In this document: in pieces, positions 1-13,500 of the stretch | Layout of the letters: every line of letters starts with the position of its first letter | Position numbering within the stretch: the first letter of the stretch is position 1 | DNA from: Takakia lepidozioides | Taxonomy: Eukaryota > Plantae > Bryophyta | NCBI GenBank assembly: GCA_030704615.1 | Contig: CM060733.1 | Location: 55,056,001-55,120,000 of the forward strand | DNA: 64,000 nt | Direction of reading: 5' to 3' | The notes under the pieces: generated by a model | Seen by the model: the letters and a program-made list of their open reading frames with translations, nothing else | Databases searched by the model: none | What the model was told of the DNA's origin: nothing | Program-made: the position numbers and the translations under genes

Positions 1-269
1 AGCTCCGGCGATGGCGGAGCTCGGCCGAAGAAACGTGTGGATATTTCGAAATAACTAGTATCCTTGTATTTTCGTCTTAATATATATTTACATTATTTTG
101 TTTTTTTAGGGCTAGGGCTAAGCCGCCTCATTGTGTCCCTCTTTCGCGTCCAAGCTGTTTCTCTTGCCTGGTCGTTCTGCTGTGTGAGGCTCGCGCAGGA
201 ATTGTTTGCTGCTGCGCGCAGGAGCCACCATGGTACACTCAGATCCGATCTCTATGTTTTTTCGCTTTA

Positions 270-415
270 GAAGAACTAATGGGAGCGTTGTTACCCTTTG
301 AAATCTACTCCAGGTTATCAGGGCTGTCTTGAATCGTAGGAACAGTTTTTTCAAGTGCGTCCTTCCATTCTTCGCAAGGACCCCTCACTGCTAGACCTAG
401 AATCTCTGCCAAGGA
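270..415 (+). pseudogene. Degenerate exon-like fragment of unknown gene, homologous to 37600-37835 (-)
   Basis: gaactaatgggagcgttgttaccctttg...atcagggctgtcttg...ggaacagtt matches the reverse complement of 37700-37835. Both read RTNGxxVTL..QGCL..EQFF..xDP, here with a stop and a frameshift. Confidence 0.55.
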
Positions 416-429
416 TATTGTAGTGAGTT

Positions 430-1010
430 TGAAAGGTTTTGACAGTGTCAACCATTGAAGTCACCACTCCACCCTTAGTAGTCCTACTTGCTGACAAGTA
501 TAGACGTTGAAGGGCCAACCAAAATCCCTTGTCTTTACCACCATGGCGATTTGAGTTTATTTCACTGTATAACTGGTCCCAATATATTTTCTTCTGAAAC
601 CTGCTTACTTGCTGTTATCTTGGCGGATCTGGTAGTACCTAGCCCACCATTTTGCTTGTTGACTTTCAAATTGCGGCAGTCTTGTCTCTCGGCTATCTTG
701 AGTCTGATCTCATTGGTCCACCAATTAATAGCTCTACCGCAGACAAGTAGTGTCCTCCCAATGATCTTGTCAGCCACAGAGGAGATAGAAACTCTCCCAA
801 GAATCCACCTCTCTTTTGACATATTATTCAAGGTCGAAAGTTGAAGTTCTTTGGGACAGTTTATTTAACCGTCTTCCATTAGAAATTCAGCTCATCCTCA
901 CCAAAAGGCCCAATGGTATCATCCTATCGAAGACCTTTGTCCACCCAGGCATTGAAGACACCCAATTAGACCTCACCTTTGACAATAAACTTAGCACAGT
1001 TCAGCCGGCA
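430..1010 (-). mobile_element. Non-LTR retrotransposon (LINE) ORF2 fragment, endonuclease-RT linker
   Basis: Peptide VADKIIGRTLLVCGRAINWWTNEIRLKIAERQ (WW-x-E linker motif) followed by KGFWLAL; disrupted; ends approximate. Confidence 0.55.
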
Positions 1011-1084
1011 ATTTGATTGAGAGTAGGGGTCTATGTTCAATCATCACTTATGCTTTCCATATTGACATGTGTAAGCAACTGTAG

Positions 1085-1795
1085 GATGATGGTGGCCATG
1101 CGCGAGATTTCAGTGCGCTTTCATGCTTTGGGTTTGCGAAGATTGGTGCCATCTAGGGTGTTTAGCTCCGAGGATGTACCATCCGAGTTTGTGGACAAGA
1201 GGGTTGAGGACCTTGCTGCTAAGGTCTCAGAGATGAAGATTCAATTGGAGAAGGCTCAATTGAGGACGGAGAGGATGGCGAGGATGCTATCGTTTTATTC
1301 TACAGTCTTGACGGTTCCGCTTTGGGTGAGTGCGCCTCAACAATTGAAATGTATTGAAGTCTTTGTGTGTGTTTAATTTTGAACTCCACTTGTATTAATG
1401 TTTACGAATTGTGTTTCCAAATGCCCATAGGGTCAAGGAATCGAATTACAGCCAATCTCCGTCAGCTGACTTTGGGCAATCAAGAGTTTAGGAGGACCCT
1501 TGGAGTTGCTCTCAAAGTAAGACGGTTCCTCAGGAGATCCAATCTCAAATAATAGAAGATGTCGTATGACAGTAGTTTGAAGAGGAGCTTGAGTTTTATG
1601 AAGCTCATAAAATTTTCAAGCTCCTGTCGCACGACATCCACTATTATGATGAGTCCACAGTGGTAGAGGTACACCTGGGTTGACCATTCACAATCCATCA
1701 AGCTTTCATTGTCTGCTCGAGTCTTGATCACGCAAAGATCGAATATCAGTTCTACTCCGAGAGTGGAGAGCCAACTGCGGGTCCTACTGAGTGAG
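1085..1795 (+). pseudogene. Decayed coding-like segments of unknown identity (coiled-coil and acidic)
   Basis: Protein-like stretches (VEDLAAKVSEMKIQLEKAQ; FEEELEFYEAHKIFKLLSHD) broken by stops; gtgagt donor-like site near 1791. Confidence 0.3.
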
Positions 1796-1882
1796 TCAAC
1801 GTTTTATTTACTTCTATACATGTTTGCACAATCTTGATATGTGATTTTAATTATTTTGTAGAAGATGAAGGTCGTGGAGGGA

Positions 1883-2002
1883 ACCTATTGTCGAAATTTG
1901 TCAGTGGATGATGTGCAAATTGGAATGAGAACCTATTGTCGAAATATGTCAGTGGATGATGTGTAAATTGGAATGAGTGGATGATGTGCAAATTGGAATG
2001 AG
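1883..2002. repeat. Tandem duplication of about 49 bp (2 full copies plus 1 partial)
   Basis: cctattgtcgaaat[t/a]tgtcagtggatgatgtg[c/t]aaattggaatgag is repeated. Confidence 0.85.
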
Positions 2003-3042
2003 CGAACAGGAAACAAGAATCAAGAGCAAGAGTAGATGTTGAAGAATATTTCTAATTTTATTGCTGTTTAAGTATTGAAGTTGCAGGCACATATGGAGTA
2101 ATTGAAGGGCGTAGGTTCTGTGTCTCATTTTTGAAGGGCTCTACTATTTCCATTAACACTCTTACATTCATGTTTGTAACTTATGGATCTGCTCATGGCA
2201 AGTTTGTGAGAGGAGGGTTACAGAATCAAATGTTTTTGCATACCATGCAACAGATTTGGAGAGGAGACCCACTTGGACATGTAAGGGTTTGTTTGTGTGC
2301 GAGATTACGTTTGAAATGAGGGAGTGGATATGAATGTATGGTGAGTGCTTTTTGTCGATAATCATTTTGTTCACTATAGTGGAAAATGGTTGGGGTATAC
2401 TTTTAGATGTGCATTACAGATTAGCAATGAGAAGAATTTTTTCCTTTGCTGGAGTTTTATTACAGTATTATATATAATTTCTCAATTACTTGTATCTATT
2501 CAATGTTCAATTCTCTTTGGCAGACTACCTCATGCTGCACATTGCCAATTTGCAGACACCCAGTGGATACATGTACAACTCAATTGCTGAAGCAAACCAC
2601 AGATTAGTCCTTATTAAGGCTACATCCCAATCGGCCTACACCTACGGTCGAGCTATCTAAGGAAGACGTCTGCACCACTCAAGTCTTTCACTAAAGAACC
2701 GAAGTCAAATAATACAATTCTCAAAGTTTTAACCGTCAGGAGTCCACAGTGTGTGTGCAGCTTAGCACACTGTGCAGAGATCTATTGCAGAGAACAAAAC
2801 AGAGACTCATAACAAGCTAAAATATGATCATGCAAAATCAGTTACAAATGATTGCCTTCTACTAAAGGAGAGACGACAAAAAAGAGAGACCACAAAAAAG
2901 GAAGGTGGGGAATCAAGCAGAAAGAGAAGAGTCCAAGATCACTCATCGCCAGCGATACTGAGAATCAAAAAGCAATTATACAATTTACTGATGAAAATCT
3001 CACTGAAAGAGTTTTAGTAGAAGTGTTCTACAACCATCGTAC

Positions 3043-4111
3043 AGTCACGGACACAAGCCATGCAATGTATCGCTCGTCTTCATTGCTTTGACTACAACAA
3101 ACGATTCTTTACTTTCCGAAGGCCTGCACACATGCACATGGACACACAAGCTATTTGCCACACAACAAGCTCTCTTTCTCTATAGAACTTATTGAAACAA
3201 GTATAGAACACGCTATTGAGCTTTTTATGGTATACCCTCTTCTAGCCATCACATGCACTCATAGTGCTTCCTTCCATGGCCATAGTGCACCTCTTAGAGC
3301 TCCTAATCCAGCCCTGCACTTGCCACTTCCATAGACATGCTCTTCCCAAGCTTGGGATTGAAACCCCAACTCAAAGCATGCTCTACAAATACACTATTCT
3401 ACCCCAAAGAGAAATCAGATGTCTACCTCCACTCATAGCTCTCCTAAACTTGAAGTTGAAGACTCCCACAAGCTGAAACCATGCTCCACGCATGCACCGC
3501 TTGCTCCCTTAACACCCAAGCTCTTCTTGAACTCATCAAACCCTACAACACTTGCAGAACAAGAGCTTCTTCACAAGCTCTCAAACTTTCCAATGGGGCT
3601 CTCCTTGAAGACCTCCTCTTGTACATAAACCACACAAGGCTTTCTTCTTGCAAACCGTGCAATACCTTGTAACTTAAGAGTTATCTATCAAGCTCTCTTC
3701 CACACACAAGTGTTAACTATGCCAACACCTTGCACTCATAGATGTAAGCAGGTCTTCTTCTAGTGATACGGAAATGTTGAAAAGAGGAGAAACCACTCTA
3801 TCACGTTATATAAGTCAAGCCAATGGCACCTTTGCTAAATGACTCCACCATACAGACCTCACCCACTCTCCATCTCAAGTACTAGAGCTATGGCGGCGAG
3901 AGAGGCCTCGGGAGTCTCGACTAGAAGAAGACGAGCCTGCCTACGTCTCACGTGGAGATAACCTCCCCACGTCCCAAGTGAGATTCGCCACCTCACTTGG
4001 CACATGGAACCAAATGAAGTCCCAATGCCAACAAATTACAAATATAAATGTATAATGTCCTAATTAGCTAGAAATAACTATTTCTAATTAATCACAAACA
4101 AAACCATGACA
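3043..4111 (-). mobile_element. Gypsy LTR related to family B
   Basis: Starts TGTCATGGTTTT on the minus strand at 4111. 3795-4111 aligns with 11235-11555 and shares motifs with 9234-10200 in inverse orientation. Left end approximate. Confidence 0.7.
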
Positions 4112-4586
4112 CCTTGGTTAGAGGGTGGGCAAACTTGGCAAAGTCCTAATGAAGCGTCTATAATAAGAAGCCAGACCTAGGAAGGATTTGATACAATGTT
4201 TATCTTTAGGAATAGGAAAGCCCCAAACAGACTCAAGCTTGGCAGGATTAGGAAGCAAACCATCCTTGGAGAGGATATGACCAAGAAAGTGTAGCTCAGG
4301 CATGAATAATTCACACTTCTTTGGCTTCACTTTGAGGCCTGCAGTACGCAATTTGCTAAACACACGCTGCAGGTCAGTCAAGTGGGTATCAAAACTGGTT
4401 GAACACACATTGATATCATCAACATAAATTAAGGCACATTCCCAGCAAAGATTTCCCAAGACAATGTCCATGAGGCGTTGGAAGGTGGTGGTGACATTGC
4501 ATAAACCAAAGGGCATGGTTTGTATTGGTAATTGCCCATGCGACACACCAACGGGGTCTTTTCCTTGGCTGCTTCAGTGAGAGGAA
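4112..4586 (-). mobile_element. Old Ty3/Gypsy reverse transcriptase fragment
   Basis: PLTEAAKEKT..MPFGLCN..TFQRLMD..IYVDDINV..LGH..FLGLASYYRRFI; frameshifted. Confidence 0.9.
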
Positions 4587-5623
4587 TGTCGCGGGGCTTT
4601 TACTCACCCATCCCTTTGCTATCCGAGGCGGAAACTCCAAGATAGAAGAGTTGGAAATCTCTAAGTACTCAGCCCGCTCAGAACAATCAGTCATGACCTA
4701 CAGCTAGTGTATCATGGGGGTGTTTCATATTTGTTTTCCTTTCCGCATTCATGTTAGCTAGCTACCTTACTATTGATAATTGAGTATCAGTTTGCTCATC
4801 AATTCATCCATTCATTCCACAGCTTCACTCAGATCTCTCTACACAGTGTGATTGTATCGTATCAGTATCAGATTATGATTTATCAAGTATCAGGCCGAAG
4901 CCATTGTGTCTCTAATCTCCTCTACAATATCACTACAGCTTTGCATATAACAAGCATTTACTAATCATCTCTCCTCCTTCCCCGTGCTCTCCATGCTTGC
5001 TTTTGTTCTTGCTCTCCGCCCAATCCCCTCTCCTCCATGACCAAAAATTCTCCCCCTCGAGTCCTTCCAAGATTGATCCCCCTCGAGTGCTTCCAAGATT
5101 GATCCCCCCTTCTCCGTCCTTGCTTCTCCCTTTATCTTCCTACCCGTGGCTCTAACCGTTTTCCTCACTAACCGTCGTCCGTGAACTAACATGTTCCATT
5201 TGCAGGTGTTGTTCCCCACAGTCGTTCCCTGTCCTGCTCTCCGTTCCTTATGGTCGTGACAGCTGTGTCAAGCTGTGACTGGCTGTGACTGGCTGTGCGA
5301 CTGTGTTTGGCTGTGTCGGGCTGTGACTGGCTGTGTGGCTGTGTCGACTATGACGGGCTGTGTTGGTTGTGATGGCTGTGTCGGCTATGACGACTATGAC
5401 GGCTGTGATGGCTGTGTCGGCTGTGACGACTGTGACGGGCTGTGTTGGCTGTGTCGGCTGTGACGACTGTGACGGGCTGTGTTGGCTGTGATGGACTGTG
5501 TAACCCCCTTTTACAGTGTGCTGCTGTCACCCCTAAGGCTCCTGTTGATCTCAATCTGTGCAAAAATTAAGGGTACCCTACAGATCCCGTAAAAATGTCT
5601 AAGTCCCTGGCAGTCCTCTAACA
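4587..5623 (-). repeat. Family A 3' LTR containing a GGCTGTGAC-type minisatellite (about 5260-5500)
   Basis: tgtcgcgg...cctctaaca; homologous to 32275-33280, 34644-35675 and 43016-43998. Confidence 0.95.
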
Positions 5624-5662
5624 TTACCCCTTCCCCTCTCAAAAACCCGTGTCCTCACGGTT

Positions 5663-7191
5663 TTACTGTTTGGGATTAGCAAACCTTTGTGAGTGAGCAC
5701 CCTTCTGACGTTGAGAGTCTCGTGAAGGACTTTGTGTGCGAGCCCGAGGTCTGCCACTGGTTGACGGAGATGATTGAACACTACCTGGATATGTAAGGCC
5801 CTCTGGAGGCTGATATCGAGGTAATCTTTCAGGCATATGAGACCCCCGTCGCTTCTTTTCTTCCATCTGAATTGCATAGTCTTCTCCCATGTCAAAAGAA
5901 TCCCTCGAAGAAACAGTTGTATCAGAATCCTCATCGCCTCTCAGGTGTTTTGGTTGTCGAACTTTTGGTGGAATCCTCTGGGGCATACAATGTTGTCATA
6001 CCATGTCTGGAAGTTTATATTTAAAACTTGGTACAAACGCTGAACTGCAAAATTGGTGAAGACACTGAGCTCCTTGTCTGTCCAGGTGAGTGGGGTACCA
6101 ATGACTTGTGACTTGTTCAAGTATTTCCATGCCACATGTGCCTTAGAGAAAATATCATCAATGCCGAATTTCTGTGTTGACAAATTGTTCCAGGCTGCCT
6201 GAAACCATGAACGAATTTGAGAATCGTTTTGCATCATAACTTTTGGCTCATATAGGTACATATGAGGTGGCACTGAAGGTAAGACCCAATGATCCCCACT
6301 GGAATAACTCAGAAAGCGCGCTTGCATCTTTTGCTGCTCAATGTGATAACGTACTAGAAAACAAGCATCGTAGTATAATCCACATCCCATGACAATACTC
6401 GCTACCTCCTTGGTCTTGGTATAAATGAATCCATGTACAACTTGGAAGGCAATTAATTCCCTCAACATTGTACCTGCCTCATGTCAGTATTGTGCAAAGT
6501 GATGATCTTCAATTGGTCGATTGTTCGGAAGAACTTTAGTCCTAGTTGCAAATGGCAGCCAAATACGCATGATTTGGTAGTAATGTGCGAATGACTGCGG
6601 AGGACTAAATTCTTTCCAAGCCAAATCCAACATGATGGGAATTTGGTTGAAGGGAAGAATCATAGCCCTACTGTACTCCCTTGCAGCTGGAGTTTTAGGT
6701 GGGTTAAAAGCAGCATTGCCCCATACCTCATACTGTGGTGGCTGTGGTGTAGTTGTAGTAACAACAGGGTCAGCTATTGGCACAGTGACTTGTTGTGATG
6801 TTGGTGGCACTGGCTCTTGTACCATTGGCATCTCCTGCACCTCCTGTGAAGAAGACTGAAAAGCTAAAGTTCTCGCTTTTAAATAAGAAGCCATTAGCTG
6901 TTCATCAGGTACACAGACTCTCTTGTCGATATTTGAAGTGAGGTCCTCCACTTGAGTCTGCAGGCCGTCTATATCCTCCTGTAACTCTGCTATCCTACTA
7001 TAGACATTGTCTATAGTAGTTGTGGCAATGTTCTGCACTTGCAGCCTGAGCTCATTCATCTCGCTTTGGGTGAGCTTTCGTGGTGCTTTGCCCTCCACTG
7101 GCCCTTGTGCTAACCAGACCTGCATAAGGTGGTTATCCACCAAGTTGCTTGTGGTTCCTCTGAGAGTGTGCTCCTCTCTTTGTTTGTACAC
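5663..7191 (-). pseudogene. Family A extra 3' ORF (C-terminal part), disrupted
   Basis: Near-identical to the 525-aa ORF at 44008-45585. Split by a TGG>TGA stop at 6484 and a frameshift near 5980. Confidence 0.9.
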
Positions 7192-9233
7192 AAAGTTTTT
7201 AACTTGCCTTCATCAAACTGTTTCTTCCTCTTTATCTGAATTCTGGTCATATTATCAGCTGCATCAGCACGTACTTCTTCCACATGGTATAATTCATGTT
7301 TCCTGACCTTAATGGAATCTTGCAATTCCATTCTCTTTCCCCACTCCGTTCTCATGGTAGGTAACAGGAATTCCACTGGAAGTAAGGCTTCCATACCATA
7401 AACTAATTGGAATGGTGTATACTTAGTGGTGACTTTATATGAAGTCCTGTATGACCACAAAGCTGTCAACAGCTTTGTATCCAATCCGTTCTGTTTGCAT
7501 TGACTATCTTAGCCAAGATAGTACATAATATTTTGTTGGTAGCCTCTGCCTGTCCACTACCCTGTGGGTAATATGTTGTACTCTTCCTATGCACAATCAT
7601 GAATTCTTTAGTCAATAATTCAATGGTCTCATTAATGAAGTGACTTCCCTGATCACTGATAAATTCTAAGGGACAGCCAAATCGTGTAAGTATGTTCTCA
7701 TATAGAAACCTTGCTGTGGACTTGGCTGTGTTGTCCCTCAAAGCTTTAGCTTCCACCCATTTTGTAGTATAATCAGTGGCTGTAATTATGTACCAGTTCC
7801 GTGTATTCTTGGCTGGTGGGTTAATTGGTCCAACAAAGTCTAGTTCCCATTTCTGAAATGGTTCCGTAGGCATTGTAGGATGCAAGGCCATCCTTCCAGA
7901 TCTCTGCAAAGGTCCTAGCCTCTGACATTCATCACAACTCTGACAATACTCGTGTACATCTTTGAACAAAGTAGGCCACCAGTAACCTGCGAGTAGTAGC
8001 TTCCTACTGGTAGTCTCTTCTCCAAAATGACCTCCAGCCACTCCTTTATGAACTTCCTCCAAAACTTTATTTACTTCATGGTGGTACAAACATTGTTTTA
8101 GTACTCCATCAGGTCCTAGCTTATACATTCTGCTTCCTACCATAGTATAAGGTAAAGCTTTGATAGCGATTCTCTTCCTCTGCTCCTTACCATAACTAGG
8201 TGGGCATTGACCATGAGTAAGGTAGTATCTGATTGGCCACTGCCAATCTAACCATTCATCTGCACTTCCTTGCACCTCCATTACAAATAAACTCGCATCA
8301 GGTAACTGATCGTCCACTCCTGTGGCAGCCTCTCTTGTTGTTAGTCGTGACAAATGATCTGCCACAAGATGCAAACGGCCAGGCTTGTAAATAACTTCGA
8401 ACTCAAACTCATGCAAGATTATCAACCACCTCGCTATCCTTCCACTTATCAAAGGTTTGTTCACCAGATATATCAGAGCCTGGTGATCCACATAAAACAT
8501 AAACTTTCTTCCCAATAGATAATGCCTGAATTTCTTGACTGCATAAATCATTGCCAGTGCTTCTCTTTCAGTTGTGCTATAGTTCCTTTCAGCACTGTTC
8601 ATCAACCTGCTAGCATAGTACACAAGTGAATCTATATTTCCTGTAACATTTTGGGCTAACACCGCTCCCAACGCTTCTCCTGATGCATCGCAGTGAACGT
8701 GAAATACTACATGCCAGTGAGGGTTAATCAGCACAGGTGTAGTTGTTACTGACAGTGTAAGTTCCTCGAACGCCTGTTGACATTCAGCTGTCCAGGCAAA
8801 CACTGCATCTTTCTTCAGTAGCTTGCTCAATGGTGCTGCTATTTGTGCATACCTTTTGACAAATCTTCTGTAATAACTGGTTTGCCCAAGGAATGTACAC
8901 TTCTCTGGATTCAGGCCCAGACCTCTCATCCTGCATCTGGCCAAGCATAACTCCAATTTATGCAAGTGTTCATTCTTAGAGCTGTACACACTGAAATCAT
9001 CCAAGAACACCTGCATGAAATCATCCAGATACTCATGAAAAGATTCACTTATAACTCTCTGAAAGGTCGCTGGTGCATTACAAAGTCCAAAGGGCATGAC
9101 TTTGTATGCATAAGCACCCCAGTCTGTGATGAAAGCTGTTTTTCCTTGGTCTCCTTCTACCACTTGTACTTGATTATAACCACTGAACCCATCCATGAAT
9201 GAGTACATCTCATGGCCTGCTACAGTGTCCAAA

Positions 9234-11048
9234 CATCTTTCTCGAGTTGAGCCTCACCGCGCCTAGCTATGGCGCCGTAGTGTGGATTCCCCATGGCGTG
9301 GGGTGCACTTGGCTTGACTTGTATTTGAGTGATGAGTTTATATATGCATGAGTTATGCTTCAGCTTTGTGAGCTCGCATGAGCTTGTATTTGTATTCCTC
9401 TTCTTTATCACTCGAGAAAGATGAGCTCGTATCTGTGAGTGCCAGATATGAGTTAGTTGTAGCACTTGTGGTTTTTGCTTGAGAATGAGAGAAACCAGGT
9501 TGTTATGCAAGGAGCACCGTGGAGCTCTTGGTTGTTAGAAGCGGAGGCGATGTGGATTCGAGGTGGTAGACCTTGGCATTCGATCTTCAGCTTCAGAGAT
9601 GAAAGCACCATGCTGCAGGTAATTCCAGAGCACCTTGATGGTTTCAGATTGTGTACATGCATGAGCAAGCACGATTGGGAAGAGGACCAGTCAAGAGCAG
9701 GTTATAGTGGCTTTGGTGGCAAAGCTGAGAACTGGACTTGGGAATGCGAGCTTTCATTGTGTGAAGGATTGCAAGACCAAGCGAAAGGGCTGATTTGGCT
9801 TGGGGCAAATCAGTGCACTTTGTGGAGTATGTTGAGAGTGGGTTTCAATCTCGAGCTTCAGCATTGAGAGGGCTCTTGTCATGGCAAGAGCAGGGCTGGA
9901 ACAGGAGCTAAGAGGTGCGGCAAGGCCATGGAATGTGCACCTAGGGTTTCAGAGCTTGGAAGAAGAGCTCTTGCACCACAAGAGGAGTGTCTTGTGGCTG
10001 GAAATGTAAGCCTTAGGGTTTCAGGAGCTTGGCAAAGGTTGTGGAGTGCTTAGTCTTGTCTTAGAGAGCATCAATGAGCCAAGGAGCCAAGATAGGGGCT
10101 GATACCTCTTGTGTGAAGAGGTTGCATGCGTGGAGCATGTATTCAGCTCATTGAAGCTTCCATCTTCAAGCTTGGAGGGCAAGCAAGGGAGAGGGAAGGG
10201 GCTGGTTTCCCTGTAGAGCATGTGTGGAGCATGCTTTCAGCCTGTTGAAGGCTTGTACTTTCAGGTTTGGGAGTGCAAGAAAGGAAGGAAGGGGCTGGTT
10301 TCCCTGTAGGGCATGTGTGGAGCTGTGGCCTGTGGGGATGTGACGGGCTATGAGGGGCTGTGACAGGCTGTGTGGAGCTGTGGCCTGTGGGGCTGTGACG
10401 GGCTGTGACGGGCTGTGACACGCTGTGATGGGCTGTGAGGGGTTGTGACAGGCTGTGGCGGGCTGTGCCCTGTGCCCTGTGGGGCTGTGACGGGCTGTGA
10501 GGGGCTGTGGCCTTTGGGGCTGTGACCCCTGTGACCTGTGTAGGGCTGTGACAGGCTGTGCCATGTGGCCTGTGGGGCTGTGAGGGGCTGTGAGGGGCTG
10601 TGACAGGCTGTGGCCTTTGGGGCTGTGACCCTGTGACCTTTGTAGGGTTGTGACAGGCTGTGCCTGTGGCCTTTGGGGTTGTGATGGGCTGTGACATGTG
10701 GCCTTTGGGGCCGTGACTTGTGTAGGGATGTGACAGGCTGTGGCCTTGTGTAGGGATGTGACAGGCTGTGGCCTTGTGGGGCTGTGACGGCTGTGACCAG
10801 TGAGTTGTGTGGGCCTGTGCTGGTCTGTGGTGGCCTGTGTTGACCTGTGGACGGCCTGTGCTGACTCGTGGAGGCACAGGACTGTCTAAGGACTGGCATG
10901 TGGTCTTGAAGGCCAAATTTTGAAGCTCGTGGAGGGCGGTTTGAGGAGTATCTTCATGATATTTCCATGGTCATGCAAGTGAGGGAAGAGAGGAGAGGAA
11001 CAGTGTTGGGATGAGGGCATGTTGGGGTTAGGCATTGCTTTAGCTTCT
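9234..11048 (+). repeat. Long, truncated 5' LTR of family B with GGCTGTGA minisatellite (about 10300-10880)
   Basis: Identity to part of the 3' LTR; homology to the reverse complement of 3100-3900; low-complexity GGCTGTG repeats. Confidence 0.7.
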
Positions 11049-11555
11049 TGTCGTGCACCTAAGCATCGTGCCACAACATACATCGTTGTCCACCACACAA
11101 TCTAAGCACACAATCCTAGAAAGTTATACCACAATGGATAAGAGATGAGAAATGAGAGAAGTAGAAGACAATGAAAGCTCTCAAAGCATGAAGCAATCAC
11201 ATGAAGAACAAGCCCTAGTCCTTCCAAGTGAAATCCACTCTATCACATAAACTAAGTCAAGCCAAGGGCACCTTTGCTAAAGAAATCCACCCTACAAAGC
11301 CCTCAACACACTCCCTCTCAATACCTAGAGCTATGGAGGTGAGAGAAGCTCATGGAGGCTCAACTACAAGAAGATGAGCTCCTCAACACTCACAAGGGGA
11401 AAACCTATCTCCATGTCTCAAGTGAGGCTCGACACCTCACTTGGCATGTGAGACCAAATGAAGTCCCAACACACAAAATATAAATATAAATATCTAAAAT
11501 GTCCTAGTTAACTAGAAGTAGGTAATTCTAGATAACCATGACTAAAACCATGACA
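11049..11555 (-). mobile_element. Inverted LTR of about 507 bp from a family-B-related subfamily
   Basis: Minus strand TGTCATGG...GGTGCACGACA; its end matches the end of 18968-19472 (..GCACGACA). No TSD found. Confidence 0.8.
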
Positions 11556-12068
11556 TTATCTTCCTCGTAGTTTCCACCCTCTCATTAGGCCAAGACCTTT
11601 CCGTAGGTGGCGGCAAGAGTCAGTCCGGGTTTGGGCTGGGATGTCCTTGCAGGAGCAACACCGTGGAGTTGTTTTTGGTGTGGGGGAGTTGTCGTTCTGA
11701 TTTCTTGTGTTTGGATCCCCTCCATACCTGCATGCTTGACTGTGCCCCATGCTAGTTTTGTGTGGGCGCTTGTTTTTATAGGTGATTGGTCCGGATTTGA
11801 TCACCGGGCAGTCCTAGAGCATGCTGTCGATGGTGAGGCTGGAGTGATGACCAGCCAGACCATCATTGTTTCTCCTGTGGTGAGGTTGGAGGTGATGACC
11901 AGCCAACCATAGGAGTGCTTGCGGTGGATGCAGGTACAGGTGTAGGCTATGTTAGGAACCTAGTATTCCAAACCATAAGCCGCAACAGGTTCTCTACCCG
12001 GTTACCTTGTAGAGAGGGGGTTAGGGACATGTTCATGACCGGTTGAATGACAATTTGTCAAAACGGAG

Positions 12069-13500
12069 GTGCCACTAGTTGCTGGGGACAGTGCCGGTTC
12101 GAGCACTAGCGATACTAGTGGGTACACGAGACGAGGTGTGCGGCTTAGGCCACCTTCACCTCCTGTGTCTTCTACGGAAGGTTCTGATTCGGAATGTGAA
12201 TTAGGAGGACTCATACCGGCGGTGCAAGTTGTTTCCTTGCCATTGTTGTGGGACACAATGGAGGAGATGTATGGAGCTACCAAGGGGCCACGAAGGTACT
12301 CTGGGGCGGTGGGCACCATCGAGTTGGATGATTTTATCCAAGAGTTTGATAGTTGGTGTGATTTGCAGAAAATGCGCAATCCACAACTATTTACACCTTT
12401 CATGGCATGAAAGGGGCTGTTTCAGCACCTTGAGGGGCCGCCTATGGATGATTACCATGAGTTCAGGCGGGGGCATGAGGTTGAGATCGAGGAGTGGAGG
12501 ATGTATTGGTCACCCGACTATGTCTCCATCACTAGGGGCACTAGAGCCACGAGGGCAGTGGCTACACCTGCCGCTGCACCGGCAGCTTCAGCAAGCAGCA
12601 GTGGGACCAGTAGGACTGGTGGTACAGTAGCTACGACGTCCACCCAAACCACTACCGCACCAGCACTAGTACCCGTGCCTGCCTTCAACCCTGTTGTGGA
12701 GTTCTTCGAAGAGTTGAGAAGAAACTACCAAGGGGTGAGGACAGAGAAGTTGCAGAGCTTGCAAGAGTTCCAACGGAAGCCGACCGAGAGCTTGAGGGAG
12801 GCTTTCACTCACATGAGGCGCTTGATAAATGTAACCCAAGGGGTTACGGAAGCTCAGGCAGTCCAATTCTGGTATGGGATATTGGACAAGGAGCTGAAAA
12901 GAAGGGTGCGGGATGCAACTCTCCTACAAGCGGCCCAACCCACCTTAGCAAATGTGTTTTTGCTGGCAGAGCGGATAGAGCTCAACATGGTGGAGGAACG
13001 AGTGGTCATGGTGGGATTTGCTAAGGAGACACCACGGGGTAGTGGTGCTCCTAGCCAACCACTACCTCAACGTGCTCAAGGCAACAAGGGGGCTCAGGTG
13101 AAACTCAGGGAAGGGCAGAGATGACCTCAGATGCAGGTGTCTCTCCCTTCATTTGCTGGCTAACAACGGGCGGATGTGGTGTGCTGGACATGTGGAGGAC
13201 CCCATGTCAAGAAGGATTGCCCAGAGGGAGGCAAAGGGCCGGCACATGCACAGCCTGCATACTTGCAGTGTGGGCATTGTGGCAAGCACGGGCATGGAGA
13301 GGCCCTGTGTTATGGTTTGCATCCTGAGTTCCGCCCAGGCCAGTTCCAAGGGAACAATGGTGGCCGGGGGCGAGGTGGAGCAGCCCAGATAAAACGAGGT
13401 GGCCAGGCACGAGGTGCAGGCCAAGGGCAAGCTCAACATGGCCAAGGACGCGGAGGTCAGGGTGTTGACCAAGGCATGGCCAACCGGCTTCAGCAGCTAG
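12069..13500 (+). pseudogene. Family B Gag with two zinc knuckles
   Basis: YSG..ELDDFIQEFDSW; FQRKPTESLREAF; CWTCGGPHVKKDC and CGHCGKHGHGEALC. TGA at 12408 and a frameshift near 13100. Confidence 0.85.

Larger units (their letters stand above)
4587..9233 (-). mobile_element. Gypsy family A copy 1 (5'-truncated, internally deleted): RT-RNaseH-IN, extra ORF C-terminal part, PPT, 3' LTR
   Basis: Pol 7200-9232 (MDGFSGYNQ, FLDDF, HCDASG, HKGVAGGHF..CQSC, LDFVGP). PPT GAGAGGGGAAGGGG at 5627-5640. LTR 4587-5623 with TG..CA ends. Confidence 0.95.

Noticed and set aside
4419-4694. Recurrent small ORF MTDCSERAE.LEISNSS (also at 32380, 34751, 43123)
   Set aside because: It lies in the conserved LTR end and continues into unrelated flanks; LTR identity explains the recurrence.
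10143-10916. Long His/Pro/Ser/Thr-rich ORFs
   Set aside because: Stop-free translations of the GGCTGTGA minisatellite in several frames; not genes.
11044-11560. TSD defining a clean solo-LTR insertion
   Set aside because: The flanks CTTCT and TTATC differ, so the insertion mechanism is unresolved.
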